A stretch of 64,000 nt of DNA from Chitinophagaceae bacterium (GCA_017495115.1 JAFEIJ010000015.1:73481-137480), one strand, 5' to 3'. Numbered from the stretch's first letter, positions 49,508 through 60,463 are shown. Notes: generated by a model from the letters alone, not told the origin. Made by a program: numbers and translations.

Positions 49508-52225
49508 TTGTTTTTAAAAAAATATTTTGTTTGGGTTGTTTTACTTTTGATAGTTAGTGGCTGCTCCAATACGAAATATAAAGGATTTCGTCAGACCGTT
49601 ACGAATTTTACGGCATACTACAATACGTATTTTAATGCAAAATATAAATTCCGATTGGGCTATAAAGAAGTGGCCAACAACAATCCCGAATATTTTTACC
49701 AATTTTACCCCATATTTCCTTACGATTATAATACGGATCAGTTTAAAAATGTAGCGAAGTTTAAGGAAATTGGCGCTAAAAGTTCTAAAATTTTCACAAA
49801 GAAAAAAAATAGTAAATGGGTTGATGACGCTTTGTTGGTTAATGGAAAACGTTTTTATTACAGCGGCGAGCTAGATTCGGCAATCATACAATTTGATTAT
49901 ATCGTTACTAATTTTGAACGAGGATACCGAAGCACGCACATCAAATCCGGAAGACCTAAAAAGTTGATTGCCGATATTAATTATGCTAAAAAACGAAGCA
50001 AAAAACCGATTTCGGAGCGCAAACTGATGCACAAATTAGCCCGAAATGAAGCCATTGTTTGGTTGGTGCGTTCTTATATCCGAAAAGGCAATTATTATGA
50101 AGCGCAGCGCATCATTTCTAATGCAGAGGCCGACTTAAGTTTTCCGATACAATATCGAGCCGATTTGCGAAAAACGCAAGTGCTCTTGCATATGGCAAAA
50201 AAAGAATATAAACCCGCTATTGACATTATCAATCCAATGTTGGAATCTGCACAAAAAAAAGAACTATCGAGGCTACGTTTTATTTTAGCCCAACTGTATG
50301 AAGCGGATAATGATAAATTTAAAGCCGTTGGGCAATACAACCGAATTTTGATGCAAAATGATAATGAAGCCATCGTTTTTGAAACACAAATGCGCATGGC
50401 CGAGTTAGCTGGAGCAGGTCAAGCCAGTGCGACGATCGATGAGCTAAAAGCTATGGCGCGAAAAGGAAAATATTTGGATCGTATCGAACGAATTTATTAT
50501 GCAATCGGGATATCGTATGCCAAACTAAAAGATTATAAAAACGCTGAGTTATACTTGACAAAAGCGGCTCAAAATGCCAATAAAAATCCAAATATCAAGT
50601 TCATGGCTTTTGAACGAATCGGAAGTATGTATTTTGATGCAAAAAACTATAAACCCTCTGCAAAATATTACGACAGCGCAAATATGATTATTCCAGCTTC
50701 GTATGATCAAAAAGAAGAATTTAAACAAAAAGCAAAGTATTTGATAGAATTAAGTAAATATTTTGATTCTTTACAAAAAAATGATTCTATCCTAAATTTA
50801 GTTTCATTGAGTAAAAAAGAAGCTTCAAAACGTATTGCAAAAAATTTAGCTAAAGAAAAGAAAAACAAAGAAAATGAAAATATCATTGCATCCACTAAGT
50901 TAGAAGCAACCAAAGTAGAAACGACAGGAGCCAGATCCAATTGGTATTTTGATAACCCTTCACAAATTGAAAACGGTCGAATTGCTTTTAAGAAAAAGTT
51001 TGGAAATATAAAACGACAAGAGAACTGGAAGTTTGGTGGAAGTAGCGTGATGGCTGAAGAAAGTCAAAATTCAAAAGAAAATTCAGAAAAAATATCGTCT
51101 AAAGAAGATATCGATACCGACGAGATTAGCGATATTATGATTGCAGATTTGCCTTTTGAAGAAGAAAAAAAATCTGAATTTATTAGAAGTACACAGGGTA
51201 TTATTCATAAAATTGCTCAGATTTTTCATTATGAAATCAATGATGTACCTGAAGCCATATTGTATTACAAAATGATTTTAAATCGTTTTAAGGTAAAATA
51301 TTATCAAGAAGAAGAAGTTCTATATGCATTGTATTTATTGAGTAGAGAAAATGGAGATTTTGCAGGCTCCGAAGTATATCAAAATGCACTGGCGCAAGAT
51401 TATCCAGAATCAAAATTCAACAAATTGATTTCCAATCCAAATTATGCTAAAGATTTGCTGAAAGAAAATGAAGTTGCCGAAAATAAATACAAACAAATTT
51501 TTACTTCTTTTGACCTTAAAAATTATAAAAAAGTTATTGCCCAATGCGACCAATTTATTGCAGAAAATAAAGATAATCCTTTGGTGCCAAAATATAAATT
51601 GTTAAAAGCGCTTTGTCATACTAGATTTTATCAATTTGATGAATATTTGGCTACATTAAAAGATTTGAATGAAAATCATACCAATAGCGATGAATATCCA
51701 ACGGCTAAAGAATGGCTAGAATATGCCCTAAAAGTAAATAGAGATTCGTTAAAAGTTTCAAACCAAAAAGAAGAAGATGCGTTGAAAGTAAGGGAAAATG
51801 AAAACTTATTTACTTCCAATATTGAAAATGCAGAAAATCAAGTGACGTCTATTGCCAAAGAGGAAGCGAATGTCAATTTCTTTTTTAATGCCAATGCACC
51901 ACATTTAAGCTTAATTCGTATTGACGGCACCGAAAACATTTATCAAATAAAACGGGATATTGAAAATGTAATTTTTGAAATGGAACCGAATTTAAACTTT
52001 GAAATACAAATTCATCGTGGCTCCAAATCTCAATATTTAACGGTAGAACGTGTCAATAAAATATTCAAATGTTTGAGTATCAGCGAAGATTTAAGAAACA
52101 GTCCAAAATTAGCTAAATATAATGACGCATTGGAGTTTTCGGTGATTTCCAAACCAAACTTCGACTTATTGGTCATTTCGGGAAGTTATAAAAAATACTT
52201 TGAGTTTTATAAACTAAACTATTAA
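49508..52225 (+). CDS. porW: TPR-containing lipoprotein, PorW/SprE-like T9SS component
   Basis: It has a lipoprotein signal (LLLIVSGC) followed by TNFTAYYNTYFNAKYKF, which resembles the conserved N-terminal HxxTxxYNxxFNG region of SprE/PorW. The 905-aa length and TPR-like helical repeats are consistent. The start codon is TTG. Confidence 0.6.
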   Translation: MFLKKYFVWVVLLLIVSGCSNTKYKGFRQTVTNFTAYYNTYFNAKYKFRLGYKEVANNNPEYFYQFYPIFPYDYNTDQFKNVAKFKEIGAKSSKIFTKKKNSKWVDDALLVNGKRFYYSGELDSAIIQFDYIVTNFERGYRSTHIKSGRPKKLIADINYAKKRSKKPISERKLMHKLARNEAIVWLVRSYIRKGNYYEAQRIISNAEADLSFPIQYRADLRKTQVLLHMAKKEYKPAIDIINPMLESAQKKELSRLRFILAQLYEADNDKFKAVGQYNRILMQNDNEAIVFETQMRMAELAGAGQASATIDELKAMARKGKYLDRIERIYYAIGISYAKLKDYKNAELYLTKAAQNANKNPNIKFMAFERIGSMYFDAKNYKPSAKYYDSANMIIPASYDQKEEFKQKAKYLIELSKYFDSLQKNDSILNLVSLSKKEASKRIAKNLAKEKKNKENENIIASTKLEATKVETTGARSNWYFDNPSQIENGRIAFKKKFGNIKRQENWKFGGSSVMAEESQNSKENSEKISSKEDIDTDEISDIMIADLPFEEEKKSEFIRSTQGIIHKIAQIFHYEINDVPEAILYYKMILNRFKVKYYQEEEVLYALYLLSRENGDFAGSEVYQNALAQDYPESKFNKLISNPNYAKDLLKENEVAENKYKQIFTSFDLKNYKKVIAQCDQFIAENKDNPLVPKYKLLKALCHTRFYQFDEYLATLKDLNENHTNSDEYPTAKEWLEYALKVNRDSLKVSNQKEEDALKVRENENLFTSNIENAENQVTSIAKEEANVNFFFNANAPHLSLIRIDGTENIYQIKRDIENVIFEMEPNLNFEIQIHRGSKSQYLTVERVNKIFKCLSISEDLRNSPKLAKYNDALEFSVISKPNFDLLVISGSYKKYFEFYKLNY

Positions 52226-52236
52226 TGATTCAATGC

Positions 52237-53280
52237 TCAACGCTTTTGAATCTTATCAATTTTAGGATTCATAATCGAAAACCATAAAGGCGGAATTAAG
52301 CACAAAATCATCATGCCTGGATATCCTGTAGGCATCATCGGACTATTTTCATGACTTCTTAAAATTTGATATTTTCGACTTGCAATATAGTGATGGTCCG
52401 AATGACGGCTAAGTTCTAAAAGCAACAATCGACCAAATTGATGGTCGCTATTCCAAGAATGAATAGGCGTCGTACGTTCATAGTCCTCGCCATTTTTTTG
52501 ACGCGAAAGTCCGTAATGCTCAATATAATTAACCGTTTCGAGCAATAGAATCCCAATACATGCTGCAAGAATATAAAAACAAAGCACTTGAAAATTGGTA
52601 AACCAAAAAATAAGAAATAAAAAGATACTTTCTATCAATAAAAATTGAATCATTTCGTTTTTAATAGTCAAATGCGATTGATCTTTTTTTACAAAACGAT
52701 CTTTTTCTATTTGCCAAGCAGATAAAAATGAATTTAAAATGGAACGAAAATAAAACGCATAAATCGTCTCACCATACCTAGCCGAAGCAGGATCATGTTC
52801 GGTGGAAACATTTTTATGATGACCACGGTTGTGCTCGATATAAAAATGCATATAAAGGCTTGTCATCAAAAGTAATTTACTCATATTGATTTCATACGTT
52901 TTTGAACGATGTCCCAATTCATGAGCCGCATTTATTCCTAAAACACCACAGCTAATTCCATACGCAGTAATCCATCCAATCTTTATAAAAAGATCAATAT
53001 CTTCTTTTTGAATTTGTATGCAAAATAAGAAAAGTAAATAAAAATGTATAGGGACTAAACCATACAATATCCAATCGTATATTTTCTGATTTTTTAATGT
53101 TTCTTCAACCTCTTTAGAATGATTTTCAGAGTTTTTGGGAATAAAAAACTCCATAAGCGGCACAAAACCAAACGTAAATATTAATGCAATATATGACCAT
53201 GCATCATATGAATTTAGCGATACCCATCCAAAAAATGGACTACTATAAACCAAAAGATATTTAAGTACATTTGACTTCAT
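52237..53280 (-). CDS. alkB: alkane 1-monooxygenase (AlkB, membrane di-iron hydroxylase)
   Basis: The histidine boxes are HELGHR, EHNRGHH and LSRHSDHH. NYIEHYGL is also present. Confidence 0.85.
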   Translation of the reverse strand: MKSNVLKYLLVYSSPFFGWVSLNSYDAWSYIALIFTFGFVPLMEFFIPKNSENHSKEVEETLKNQKIYDWILYGLVPIHFYLLFLFCIQIQKEDIDLFIKIGWITAYGISCGVLGINAAHELGHRSKTYEINMSKLLLMTSLYMHFYIEHNRGHHKNVSTEHDPASARYGETIYAFYFRSILNSFLSAWQIEKDRFVKKDQSHLTIKNEMIQFLLIESIFLFLIFWFTNFQVLCFYILAACIGILLLETVNYIEHYGLSRQKNGEDYERTTPIHSWNSDHQFGRLLLLELSRHSDHHYIASRKYQILRSHENSPMMPTGYPGMMILCLIPPLWFSIMNPKIDKIQKR

Positions 53281-53291
53281 TTTTTTAAAAT

Positions 53292-53870
53292 TTAAGTTAA
53301 AAAAAGTTGTAAGAATTTGTATATTTTATGAACAGGAAACCCCATAACATTATAAAAACAACCGTCGATGCGTTCAACGCCAATTTGCCCTATCCACTCT
53401 TGAATACCATAACCACCCGCTTTATCTAAAGGTTGACCTTTTTTAATATAATAATCAATATCTTCGCTTCTTAAATTGCCAAATTTCACAAACGTTTTTT
53501 CAGAAAATACTTGATAATCTTTATGATTCCCTATACAAACTCCCGTGATGACTTCATGGCTATTATTTGACAAAGAATGTAATATGGTTTTAGCTTCTTC
53601 TATATCTTTAGGTTTATCTATAATTTTATTGTTTAAAATAACGGTGGTATCGGCCGTAATTAAAATTTCATTGGGTTGCAAAGGAAATTGAATACAAAGT
53701 GATTTGAATTTATTTAAAGCCAATTCACTTGCAATATTCCGAACTTCTATTTCATGATAAATTTGTTCATCAATATTAGGAATGCGCACTTCAGGTTTGA
53801 TGCCTAAAATATCTTTTAGTAATTGTATACGACGAGGTGAGCTTGAACCTAATATGATTTTTTTATTCAT
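53292..53870 (-). CDS. maf: Maf-family nucleoside-triphosphate pyrophosphatase
   Basis: MNKKIILGSSSPRR..LL, ADT and KAGGYGIQ. I placed the start at the internal ATG at 53870, which avoids overlap with the upstream gene. Confidence 0.85.
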   Translation of the reverse strand: MNKKIILGSSSPRRIQLLKDILGIKPEVRIPNIDEQIYHEIEVRNIASELALNKFKSLCIQFPLQPNEILITADTTVILNNKIIDKPKDIEEAKTILHSLSNNSHEVITGVCIGNHKDYQVFSEKTFVKFGNLRSEDIDYYIKKGQPLDKAGGYGIQEWIGQIGVERIDGCFYNVMGFPVHKIYKFLQLFLT

Positions 53871-53884
53871 TCTAACTTCTTTAT

Positions 53885-54676
53885 TTATAGACAAGCCGTT
53901 CTGCCTCCATCCACAGGAATATTAATACCCGTAATATAACTTGCTTGTGGAGAGGCCAAAAAACCAACAGCCGCGGCAATTTCTTCAGGTTTCCCAAATC
54001 GTTTCATCGGAATTTCGTTGATCATTTCATCCGCTACATGCGAAGCATCAATTTGATTTTGATTGGCTTTATTGTTGATAATTGCTTCTAATCTTTGAGT
54101 ACTCGTTGCACCTGGCAATACATTATTTACCGTAATACCAAAAGGCGCTAACTCACTCGCTAACGTTTTAGACCAATTGGCTACAGCAGCACGAATTGTA
54201 TTAGAAACTCCTAAATTTGGCAGGGGTTGCTTTACCGAAGTAGAAATAATATTGATAATTCTTCCAAAATTATTTTTAATCATCGCCTCTTTTAGAGCTA
54301 AAACGTTGATATGATTCGCTAATAAATGATTATTAAATGCTTGTTTAAATGCCTCAATTTCTGCTTTCACTATAGGTCCTGAAGGCGGCCCACCCGTATT
54401 ATTAATTAAAATATCATAAGAATATGAAATTTTTGAAAGATGTGCTTCCAAATCCTTTTGATACTGATTTAAATCCGAAACATCGGCAATCAAATAATGA
54501 TGAAATTGTTGATCATGAATTATTGATAATGATTTAAGCGCTTCTTGCAAGCTTTTTTCATTACGTCCCATTAAGCAAACGTTAGCTCCCATTGTAGCTA
54601 AATATTGAGCAGAAGCCAGTCCAATGCCTTGACTACTACCACATACCAACGCATTTTTATTTATAAGTAAATTCAT
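53885..54676 (-). CDS. SDR-family oxidoreductase (3-oxoacyl-ACP reductase-like)
   Basis: ALVCGSSQGIGLA (TGxxxGIG-type), NNTGG, and S...N....PG. I placed the start at the ATG at 54676 (MNLLINK...). Confidence 0.8.
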   Translation of the reverse strand: MNLLINKNALVCGSSQGIGLASAQYLATMGANVCLMGRNEKSLQEALKSLSIIHDQQFHHYLIADVSDLNQYQKDLEAHLSKISYSYDILINNTGGPPSGPIVKAEIEAFKQAFNNHLLANHINVLALKEAMIKNNFGRIINIISTSVKQPLPNLGVSNTIRAAVANWSKTLASELAPFGITVNNVLPGATSTQRLEAIINNKANQNQIDASHVADEMINEIPMKRFGKPEEIAAAVGFLASPQASYITGINIPVDGGRTACL

Positions 54677-54836
54677 TATATTTGTTTTTTTGTAAAAATA
54701 TTTAAAACAGATTAAATTGCTGTCTATTTTTTTTGCCACTAGATATATAAGTTGTTCATAATATGTTAAAAGAGTTTAATTTTTATTACTTATTTTTGTT
54801 GTAGAATTATTAAAATTAACTTTAAATTAATATAAC

Positions 54837-55547
54837 GTGTTTAAAAAGTTATTTGGTAAAGATAAAGAAAAAAACCAAGATGAGCATTTGCTTGCAAAAA
54901 CACTTATTGGAAAAAAAATCGATGCAGAATTTCAGCCCCATCGTTTCAATACTTACAATTATGTGCCTGAAGAAGTAGAACCTAAAATTGAAGATCTTCC
55001 TGATGAGCCATTAGATATTTTATTTGCAAAAAACTATACCGAAAAAGGTGGTAGATTTATTTATTGTGAAGATAAATCTCAATTGTTTGAAAAATTAAAG
55101 CTCTTCATATCCAAATTTCAAAAAAACAAAATGTTAATTTGGGAAGAATCTTTAATTGATTATTTGAGAAATCAAAATTTCTTTGATGCACAATTTACTT
55201 ATGATCGATTTGGTGAAAATTCAGATATTTCGCTAAGTTTTTGTTCAGGATTAATAGCTAAAGAAGGTCACATTGTTTTGAGTCCAATACAAAACAATCC
55301 ACGTTCCAACGATAAATTTCCAGAATTTGAAATTATTATTGCTTCTAAAGAACAAATTTTTCATAATACAGATGCTGCGGTTGCTCAATATTGCAAAGAA
55401 CATGAATCGAATCCTTATGTAATTCAATTGGAAGAAAATCCTACTTTAATTCGAAATGTAAACAACCGTTTACTTTTAAATTCGAAAAGAACTCAAAATA
55501 TAACCAATCGTATGGTATTTTTATTTTATTGCGATTCGGTTTTGTAA
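54837..55547 (+). CDS. LUD-domain (LutC-like) protein
   Basis: The resemblance is weak: the length, the FAKNYTEKGGRFIYCED segment and the GLIAKEGHIVLS segment are typical of LUD/YkgG-like proteins. The start codon is GTG. Confidence 0.4.
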   Translation: MFKKLFGKDKEKNQDEHLLAKTLIGKKIDAEFQPHRFNTYNYVPEEVEPKIEDLPDEPLDILFAKNYTEKGGRFIYCEDKSQLFEKLKLFISKFQKNKMLIWEESLIDYLRNQNFFDAQFTYDRFGENSDISLSFCSGLIAKEGHIVLSPIQNNPRSNDKFPEFEIIIASKEQIFHNTDAAVAQYCKEHESNPYVIQLEENPTLIRNVNNRLLLNSKRTQNITNRMVFLFYCDSVL

Positions 55548-55555
55548 GATTTAAT

Positions 55556-56500
55556 CTAAATCCTTTTTTTAATAGTTCCAGTGATTTTCTTTAGGAAATT
55601 CGTCATATAAGCTCGATGGATATATGCTCTAGCATTGCGACCATAGTTTTCAATATCAATTCTTTCAATATGTTTTCCTTTGTTAGAAAAATCTAAGCCC
55701 GAAACACCAAAAGTTAAAGAAATATCTTGAGCGATTTTTCCGTAAAAAGAAAGTGGGATTCCTTCAGAAGTAAAAGGAAAAGCAAAAAAGCTATTCTTTT
55801 CTAAAAATTCGTTTTGAACAAACTTACAAGAGTTTATTGTTTGAGAAACTTGTTCAAATTCACTTAACAAATTGTAATTTGGATGATCTTGACTATGTCC
55901 TCCAATGGTAAATCCATTTTTTTGAAGTGTTTTTAATTGCTCTGAAGTCAAATATGGTTTTTGAGCTTTTAAAAAATCAATAAAGTTTATATTTAGTTGA
56001 GAAGCCAGTTCATCTAACACATTTTTTTCCGAATAATTTATAGCTAAAATACGTTCTTTTTCATTCGGAAATCTATCAGCAATCAATGCCGCTTTATATC
56101 TAAAAAACAAATCTTTATTATCTACAAAATCGCTATTTATAAAAACCGTAGCTGGAACTCCTTTACTTTTTAAAATTGGCAATACTACATCATAAATTTC
56201 TTTTAAACCATCATCAAAAGATAAATGGAAAGAAGGTTTTGTTATAATCTTTTCTTTATTTGTATGGCTTAATACTTCATGAACACTAATTGGTTCAAAA
56301 TATTTTAGAATATAATCCAAATCTTTTTTAAACTCAAGGACCGTTTTAGGTTTATAAATAGGGTTAATATGAGGTAAATATTCATCGGTTACAGTATGTC
56401 CAAAAACATGAATGATATTTTGATTGGTAAATTTTATCAATCTTTTCAAGTTAATTATTTGTCCCATAAAAGGGATTAAGTTTTGTTTGATAAGTTGCAT
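55556..56500 (-). CDS. polysaccharide deacetylase (NodB/CE4) family protein
   Basis: HLSFDDGLKEIYDVVLPILKSKGVPATVFI and GGHSQDHPN. Confidence 0.75.
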   Translation of the reverse strand: MQLIKQNLIPFMGQIINLKRLIKFTNQNIIHVFGHTVTDEYLPHINPIYKPKTVLEFKKDLDYILKYFEPISVHEVLSHTNKEKIITKPSFHLSFDDGLKEIYDVVLPILKSKGVPATVFINSDFVDNKDLFFRYKAALIADRFPNEKERILAINYSEKNVLDELASQLNINFIDFLKAQKPYLTSEQLKTLQKNGFTIGGHSQDHPNYNLLSEFEQVSQTINSCKFVQNEFLEKNSFFAFPFTSEGIPLSFYGKIAQDISLTFGVSGLDFSNKGKHIERIDIENYGRNARAYIHRAYMTNFLKKITGTIKKRI

Positions 56501-56659
56501 ATTTTAAAAAAAATGATCTTTATAATTAAGCTTTCTTTTTTACAATGAATCCAAAATTACAAAAAAGAAATTAAAAGTAAAAAATATTTTTAGTCAAAAC
56601 AAGGAAAACTAGTATGAATAAACAAAATCTACCTAAAAATCCATATATTTGTGTTCTTT

Positions 56660-56698
56660 AAAAGAAAACGGCCCCAAACAGGGGAATGTTTGAGGCCG
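56660..56698 (-). terminator. intrinsic terminator downstream of ftsK
   Basis: On the minus strand, CGGCCUCAAACA-UUCCCC-UGUUUGGGGCCG forms a 12-bp stem with one G:U pair, followed by UUUUCUUUU. Confidence 0.8.
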
Positions 56699-56802
56699 AA
56701 TACTATGAAAACAAAACTAACTTGAATAGTTACCTATCCAAGAAAACCATTGCAAAAATAAAGTATTTATTTTAAATGCATCCTGTAAAATATTTTTTTA
56801 AC

Positions 56803-59226
56803 TTAATTTAACGTTTCTAGATGCCTTTCTAGCTCATCTAGTGATTTAAAATAAACTTCTCTGGGCTTACTTCCTTTGTTAGGACCTACTACTCCAAAAG
56901 CTTCAAGCTGATCGATAATTCTTCCTGCACGATTATGTCCAATACTCAATTTTCGTTGTATTAATGAAATCGAACCCATTTGACTTAAAACAATTTCACG
57001 TGCGGCATCTTTAAATAATTCGTCGATATCTTTCTTATCAAATTTCAACATCGGTATATCATCTTCACCATAATATTCAGGTAAATCATAAGCAGAAGAA
57101 TAGCTTTGTTGCTGACCAATATGACGACCAATCGCATCAACTTCTGGTGTATCGATAAACGCGCATTGTAGTCTAACAATTTCACTACCTAAACTCAACA
57201 ACATGTCTCCTTGACCAATTAATTGCTCAGCACCTTTGGTATCTAAAATCGTTTTACTATCTATAGAAGAGGAAACCGCAAATGAAATTCGGGCTGGGAA
57301 ATTTGCTTTAATCAAACCCGTAATTACATTTACCGAAGGTCTTTGCGTAGCTACAATTAAATGAATTCCAATAGCTCTAGCCAATTGTGCTAATCTTGCA
57401 ATAGGTAGCTCAACTTCTTTACCAGCGGTCATGATTAAATCGGCAAATTCATCAATTATTAAAACAAAATATGGAAGAAAACGATGCCCATTGAGCGGAC
57501 TAAGTTTTCTTGAAATAAATTTCTCATTATATTCTTTAATATTTCGTACTTGAGCCTTTTTTAATAAATCATAACGATCGTCCATTTCAATACAAAGTGA
57601 ATTCAATGTGTTAACCACTTTTTTCACATCTGTAATTATGGCGTCTTCCTCATTCGGAAGTTTAGCTAAATAGTGCTTTTCAATAGTTGAATAAATACTC
57701 AATTCCACTTTTTTAGGATCCACCAATACAAATTTAAGTTCTGCGGGATGTTTTTTATATAACAAAGAAACTAAAATAGAATTAATACCCACTGATTTTC
57801 CTTTTCCTGTGGCTCCAGCCATTAATAAATGGGGCATTTTAGCCAAATCAGCTACAAAAACTTCATTGGATATATTTTTACCTAAAGCCAAGGGAAGTTC
57901 CATATTTGAATTCTGAAATTTTTCAGATTGGATGACCGACTTCATACTTACGATTTGTTTATGAAGATTTGGCACTTCAATACCGATCGTTCCTTTGCCC
58001 GGAATTGGAGCAATAATTCGAATACCTAAAGCAGCTAACGAAAGCGCAATATCGTCTTCAAGGCTTTTTATTTTAGAAATACGAATGCCTGGAGAAGGCG
58101 TAATTTCATATAAAGTAACCGTAGGACCTACAGTAGCTCTAATCGAAGTTATTGTTATGTTAAAATCATTTAAAGTTCGAATAATTTGATTTTTATTTAA
58201 ATCCAACTGTTCTTTGTCAATTATCGTTTTACCATGACCATGATTTGCCATTAACTCAATACTAGGGAATTGATAATTTGATAACTCTTTTCTAGGATCA
58301 TAAGGAGGTAAATTTTCAAATCGTTCCTGCTGATGTTCATCGGCATCCTCTATTATATTATCTTCATTAAATTCAATTTCAATTAATGGATTTTCGTCAA
58401 AATTTGAAATCATCTCTTCATGAGGCATGATGACTTCAAAAGTACTTTCTATATCATTTTCTTCTGTTGCATCATGTACCGAAATTATATCCATTTCCAT
58501 ACTATCTTGAACTTCAGTTTCAGGTTCAATTTGAATATGATCTTGTTCAAATAAGGTATCGTAATGTTTAGCAGGTAATTCTTCATCAAAATTTTCCAGA
58601 TTTGATTTCTGATCTTGTTTCGATTGTTTTTTTATTTTATTAAATTCTTCTTTGAAATTAAATAATTTTGTAAAATCAAAATCAAAAAGCCAAATAAAAG
58701 ACGCCAAAGTAACCAATACCCATAATAAAAACACACCAATAAAACCAATTAATGGATATAAAACGCCTTCTTTTCCTGCAAGATAATAACCAAAACCGCC
58801 CCCAAGAGGCACATGAATACTATTAAAAATATTTTGCCATAATGCGAAAAAACTACTTCCAAGAATAATTAATAATATCGCATTACGAAAAGTACTAAAA
58901 AAGCCAAAAACCCTTCGTTGAAAAGCGAAGTTAATTCCATATAAAAGAAGTACAATAGGTATACAGATTGAAAATACACCAAATAAAACATCTACGAAAA
59001 AATAACCAATAAACAAACCAATTTTATTAATCCAGTTTTGTGTTTTATAATAATCTACTTTTTTTATCTGTTCCCAGCCTCCTATTGCAAGACTTTGATC
59101 GGCTCTAAAAAAAATAAGATACGAAATTATACTTAGTAAAATAATTACTGCAAAAACGATTAAAGTCAGTCCAAAAATTTTACTATTTTTATTTTTCGAA
59201 AAATAAGATTTCGATTCTTTATCCAT
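56803..59226 (-). CDS. ftsK: DNA translocase FtsK/SpoIIIE
   Basis: N-terminal TM helices, Walker A AGATGKGKS, Walker B IIDEFADL and a C-terminal gamma winged-helix domain (ISLIQRKLSIGHNRAGRIIDQLE). I placed the start at the ATG at 59226 (MDKESK...). Confidence 0.9.
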   Translation of the reverse strand: MDKESKSYFSKNKNSKIFGLTLIVFAVIILLSIISYLIFFRADQSLAIGGWEQIKKVDYYKTQNWINKIGLFIGYFFVDVLFGVFSICIPIVLLLYGINFAFQRRVFGFFSTFRNAILLIILGSSFFALWQNIFNSIHVPLGGGFGYYLAGKEGVLYPLIGFIGVFLLWVLVTLASFIWLFDFDFTKLFNFKEEFNKIKKQSKQDQKSNLENFDEELPAKHYDTLFEQDHIQIEPETEVQDSMEMDIISVHDATEENDIESTFEVIMPHEEMISNFDENPLIEIEFNEDNIIEDADEHQQERFENLPPYDPRKELSNYQFPSIELMANHGHGKTIIDKEQLDLNKNQIIRTLNDFNITITSIRATVGPTVTLYEITPSPGIRISKIKSLEDDIALSLAALGIRIIAPIPGKGTIGIEVPNLHKQIVSMKSVIQSEKFQNSNMELPLALGKNISNEVFVADLAKMPHLLMAGATGKGKSVGINSILVSLLYKKHPAELKFVLVDPKKVELSIYSTIEKHYLAKLPNEEDAIITDVKKVVNTLNSLCIEMDDRYDLLKKAQVRNIKEYNEKFISRKLSPLNGHRFLPYFVLIIDEFADLIMTAGKEVELPIARLAQLARAIGIHLIVATQRPSVNVITGLIKANFPARISFAVSSSIDSKTILDTKGAEQLIGQGDMLLSLGSEIVRLQCAFIDTPEVDAIGRHIGQQQSYSSAYDLPEYYGEDDIPMLKFDKKDIDELFKDAAREIVLSQMGSISLIQRKLSIGHNRAGRIIDQLEAFGVVGPNKGSKPREVYFKSLDELERHLETLN

Positions 59227-59335
59227 GGTTTTACTCTTATATATGCAAAATTGCGAATAAAAAATAAAAATATGCAAAGAAGTTCAAACAAAAAGTATTT
59301 TTTGTATAAAATTTTAGACAGAACTTAAAGGCTTA

Positions 59336-59791
59336 TTATTTATTTAAATGATCTAAAAAACAATCTATTGATTCCGATAACATATCATAAACTATTTGAA
59401 ATCCATCTCCTTCGCCATAATATGGATCAGGAATATCTTGAAGATTGTATTTTTTAGAAAAATGCGTCATTTTTACAATTTTGTCCAATTCATGTTCATG
59501 GGCTTGTTTACGCAAATCATTTAAATTGCTTTGATCCATAGCAAAAATCCAGTCGAAATATTCAAAGTCAATACTTCTGATTTTTCGAGCTCGTTGTGCA
59601 GTAATATCAATATTATTTTTATTTGCAATTTGGATAGATCGAAGATCCGGTTTTTCGCCCGCATGCCAGCCGCCAGTGCCCGCGCTATCAATTTCAAAAG
59701 TTAAATGATAATCTTTAACTTTATTTTCTAAAATACCTTGAGCCAATGGAGAACGACAAATATTACCAAGGCAAACCATTAAAATTTTCAT
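59336..59791 (-). CDS. low-molecular-weight protein-tyrosine phosphatase
   Basis: VCLGNICRSP (C-x5-R-S P-loop) and DPYY. Confidence 0.9.
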   Translation of the reverse strand: MKILMVCLGNICRSPLAQGILENKVKDYHLTFEIDSAGTGGWHAGEKPDLRSIQIANKNNIDITAQRARKIRSIDFEYFDWIFAMDQSNLNDLRKQAHEHELDKIVKMTHFSKKYNLQDIPDPYYGEGDGFQIVYDMLSESIDCFLDHLNK

Positions 59792-59821
59792 CTATTTGAT
59801 TTTAACACAACCTTAATTCAA

Positions 59822-60463
59822 TCACTTTTTTCTTAAGCCTTGAAACGCTTTAGTAAGTATAGGTAAAATAGAGATAAATACAATTAACATTACTACTTTT
59901 TCAAAATTATTTTTAACGATATCTACGCTTCCTAAGAAATAGCCTAGTAAAGTGATTGAAAAAACCCACAAAAAAGCTCCTGATATAGAATAACTAAGAA
60001 AAGTACGGTATTTCATTTCACCAGCCCCCGCTACAAAAGGAGCAATGGTTCTTATAATTGGGATAAAACGTGCTAGGATAATAGTTTTACCACCATTTTT
60101 TTCAAAATAGGCCTCTGTTTGATCGATATGTGTTTTTTTCAAAAATAATATTTTTTCTTTACTTTGAACAAAATCACCAAATTTTTTACCAATAAAATAA
60201 TTGAGATTATCACCTAAAAGTGCCGCTAAAATCAATAGAGGAATTATAAAGTAAATATCAATTTGCCCCGTAGTACTTGCAATTAAACCTATAGCAAATA
60301 GCAATGAATCTCCAGGAAGAAGCGGCATCACCACGACACCCGTTTCAACAAAAACAATTAAAAACAAAAAACCATAAACCCAAGGGCCATAAATATGAAT
60401 AAAATCACTTAAAAAGATTAAAGGATCTTTTAGAAAATCTAACAATAATTGAATCCACTCCAT
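59822..60463 (-). CDS. DedA-family membrane protein
   Basis: FVETGVVVMPLLPGDSLLF, GDNLNYFIGKKFG and ILARFIPIIRTIAPFVAG. Confidence 0.85.
   Translation of the reverse strand: MEWIQLLLDFLKDPLIFLSDFIHIYGPWVYGFLFLIVFVETGVVVMPLLPGDSLLFAIGLIASTTGQIDIYFIIPLLILAALLGDNLNYFIGKKFGDFVQSKEKILFLKKTHIDQTEAYFEKNGGKTIILARFIPIIRTIAPFVAGAGEMKYRTFLSYSISGAFLWVFSITLLGYFLGSVDIVKNNFEKVVMLIVFISILPILTKAFQGLRKK

Noticed and set aside
56501-56802. 300-bp gap downstream of ftsK as a possible small RNA or small-protein gene
   Set aside because: Only the terminator hairpin (56660-56698) is structurally convincing. There is no conserved ncRNA motif (RNase P, SRP, tmRNA, riboswitch) that I can recognise, and no ORF with a plausible start. 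It is most simply the ftsK 3' UTR.
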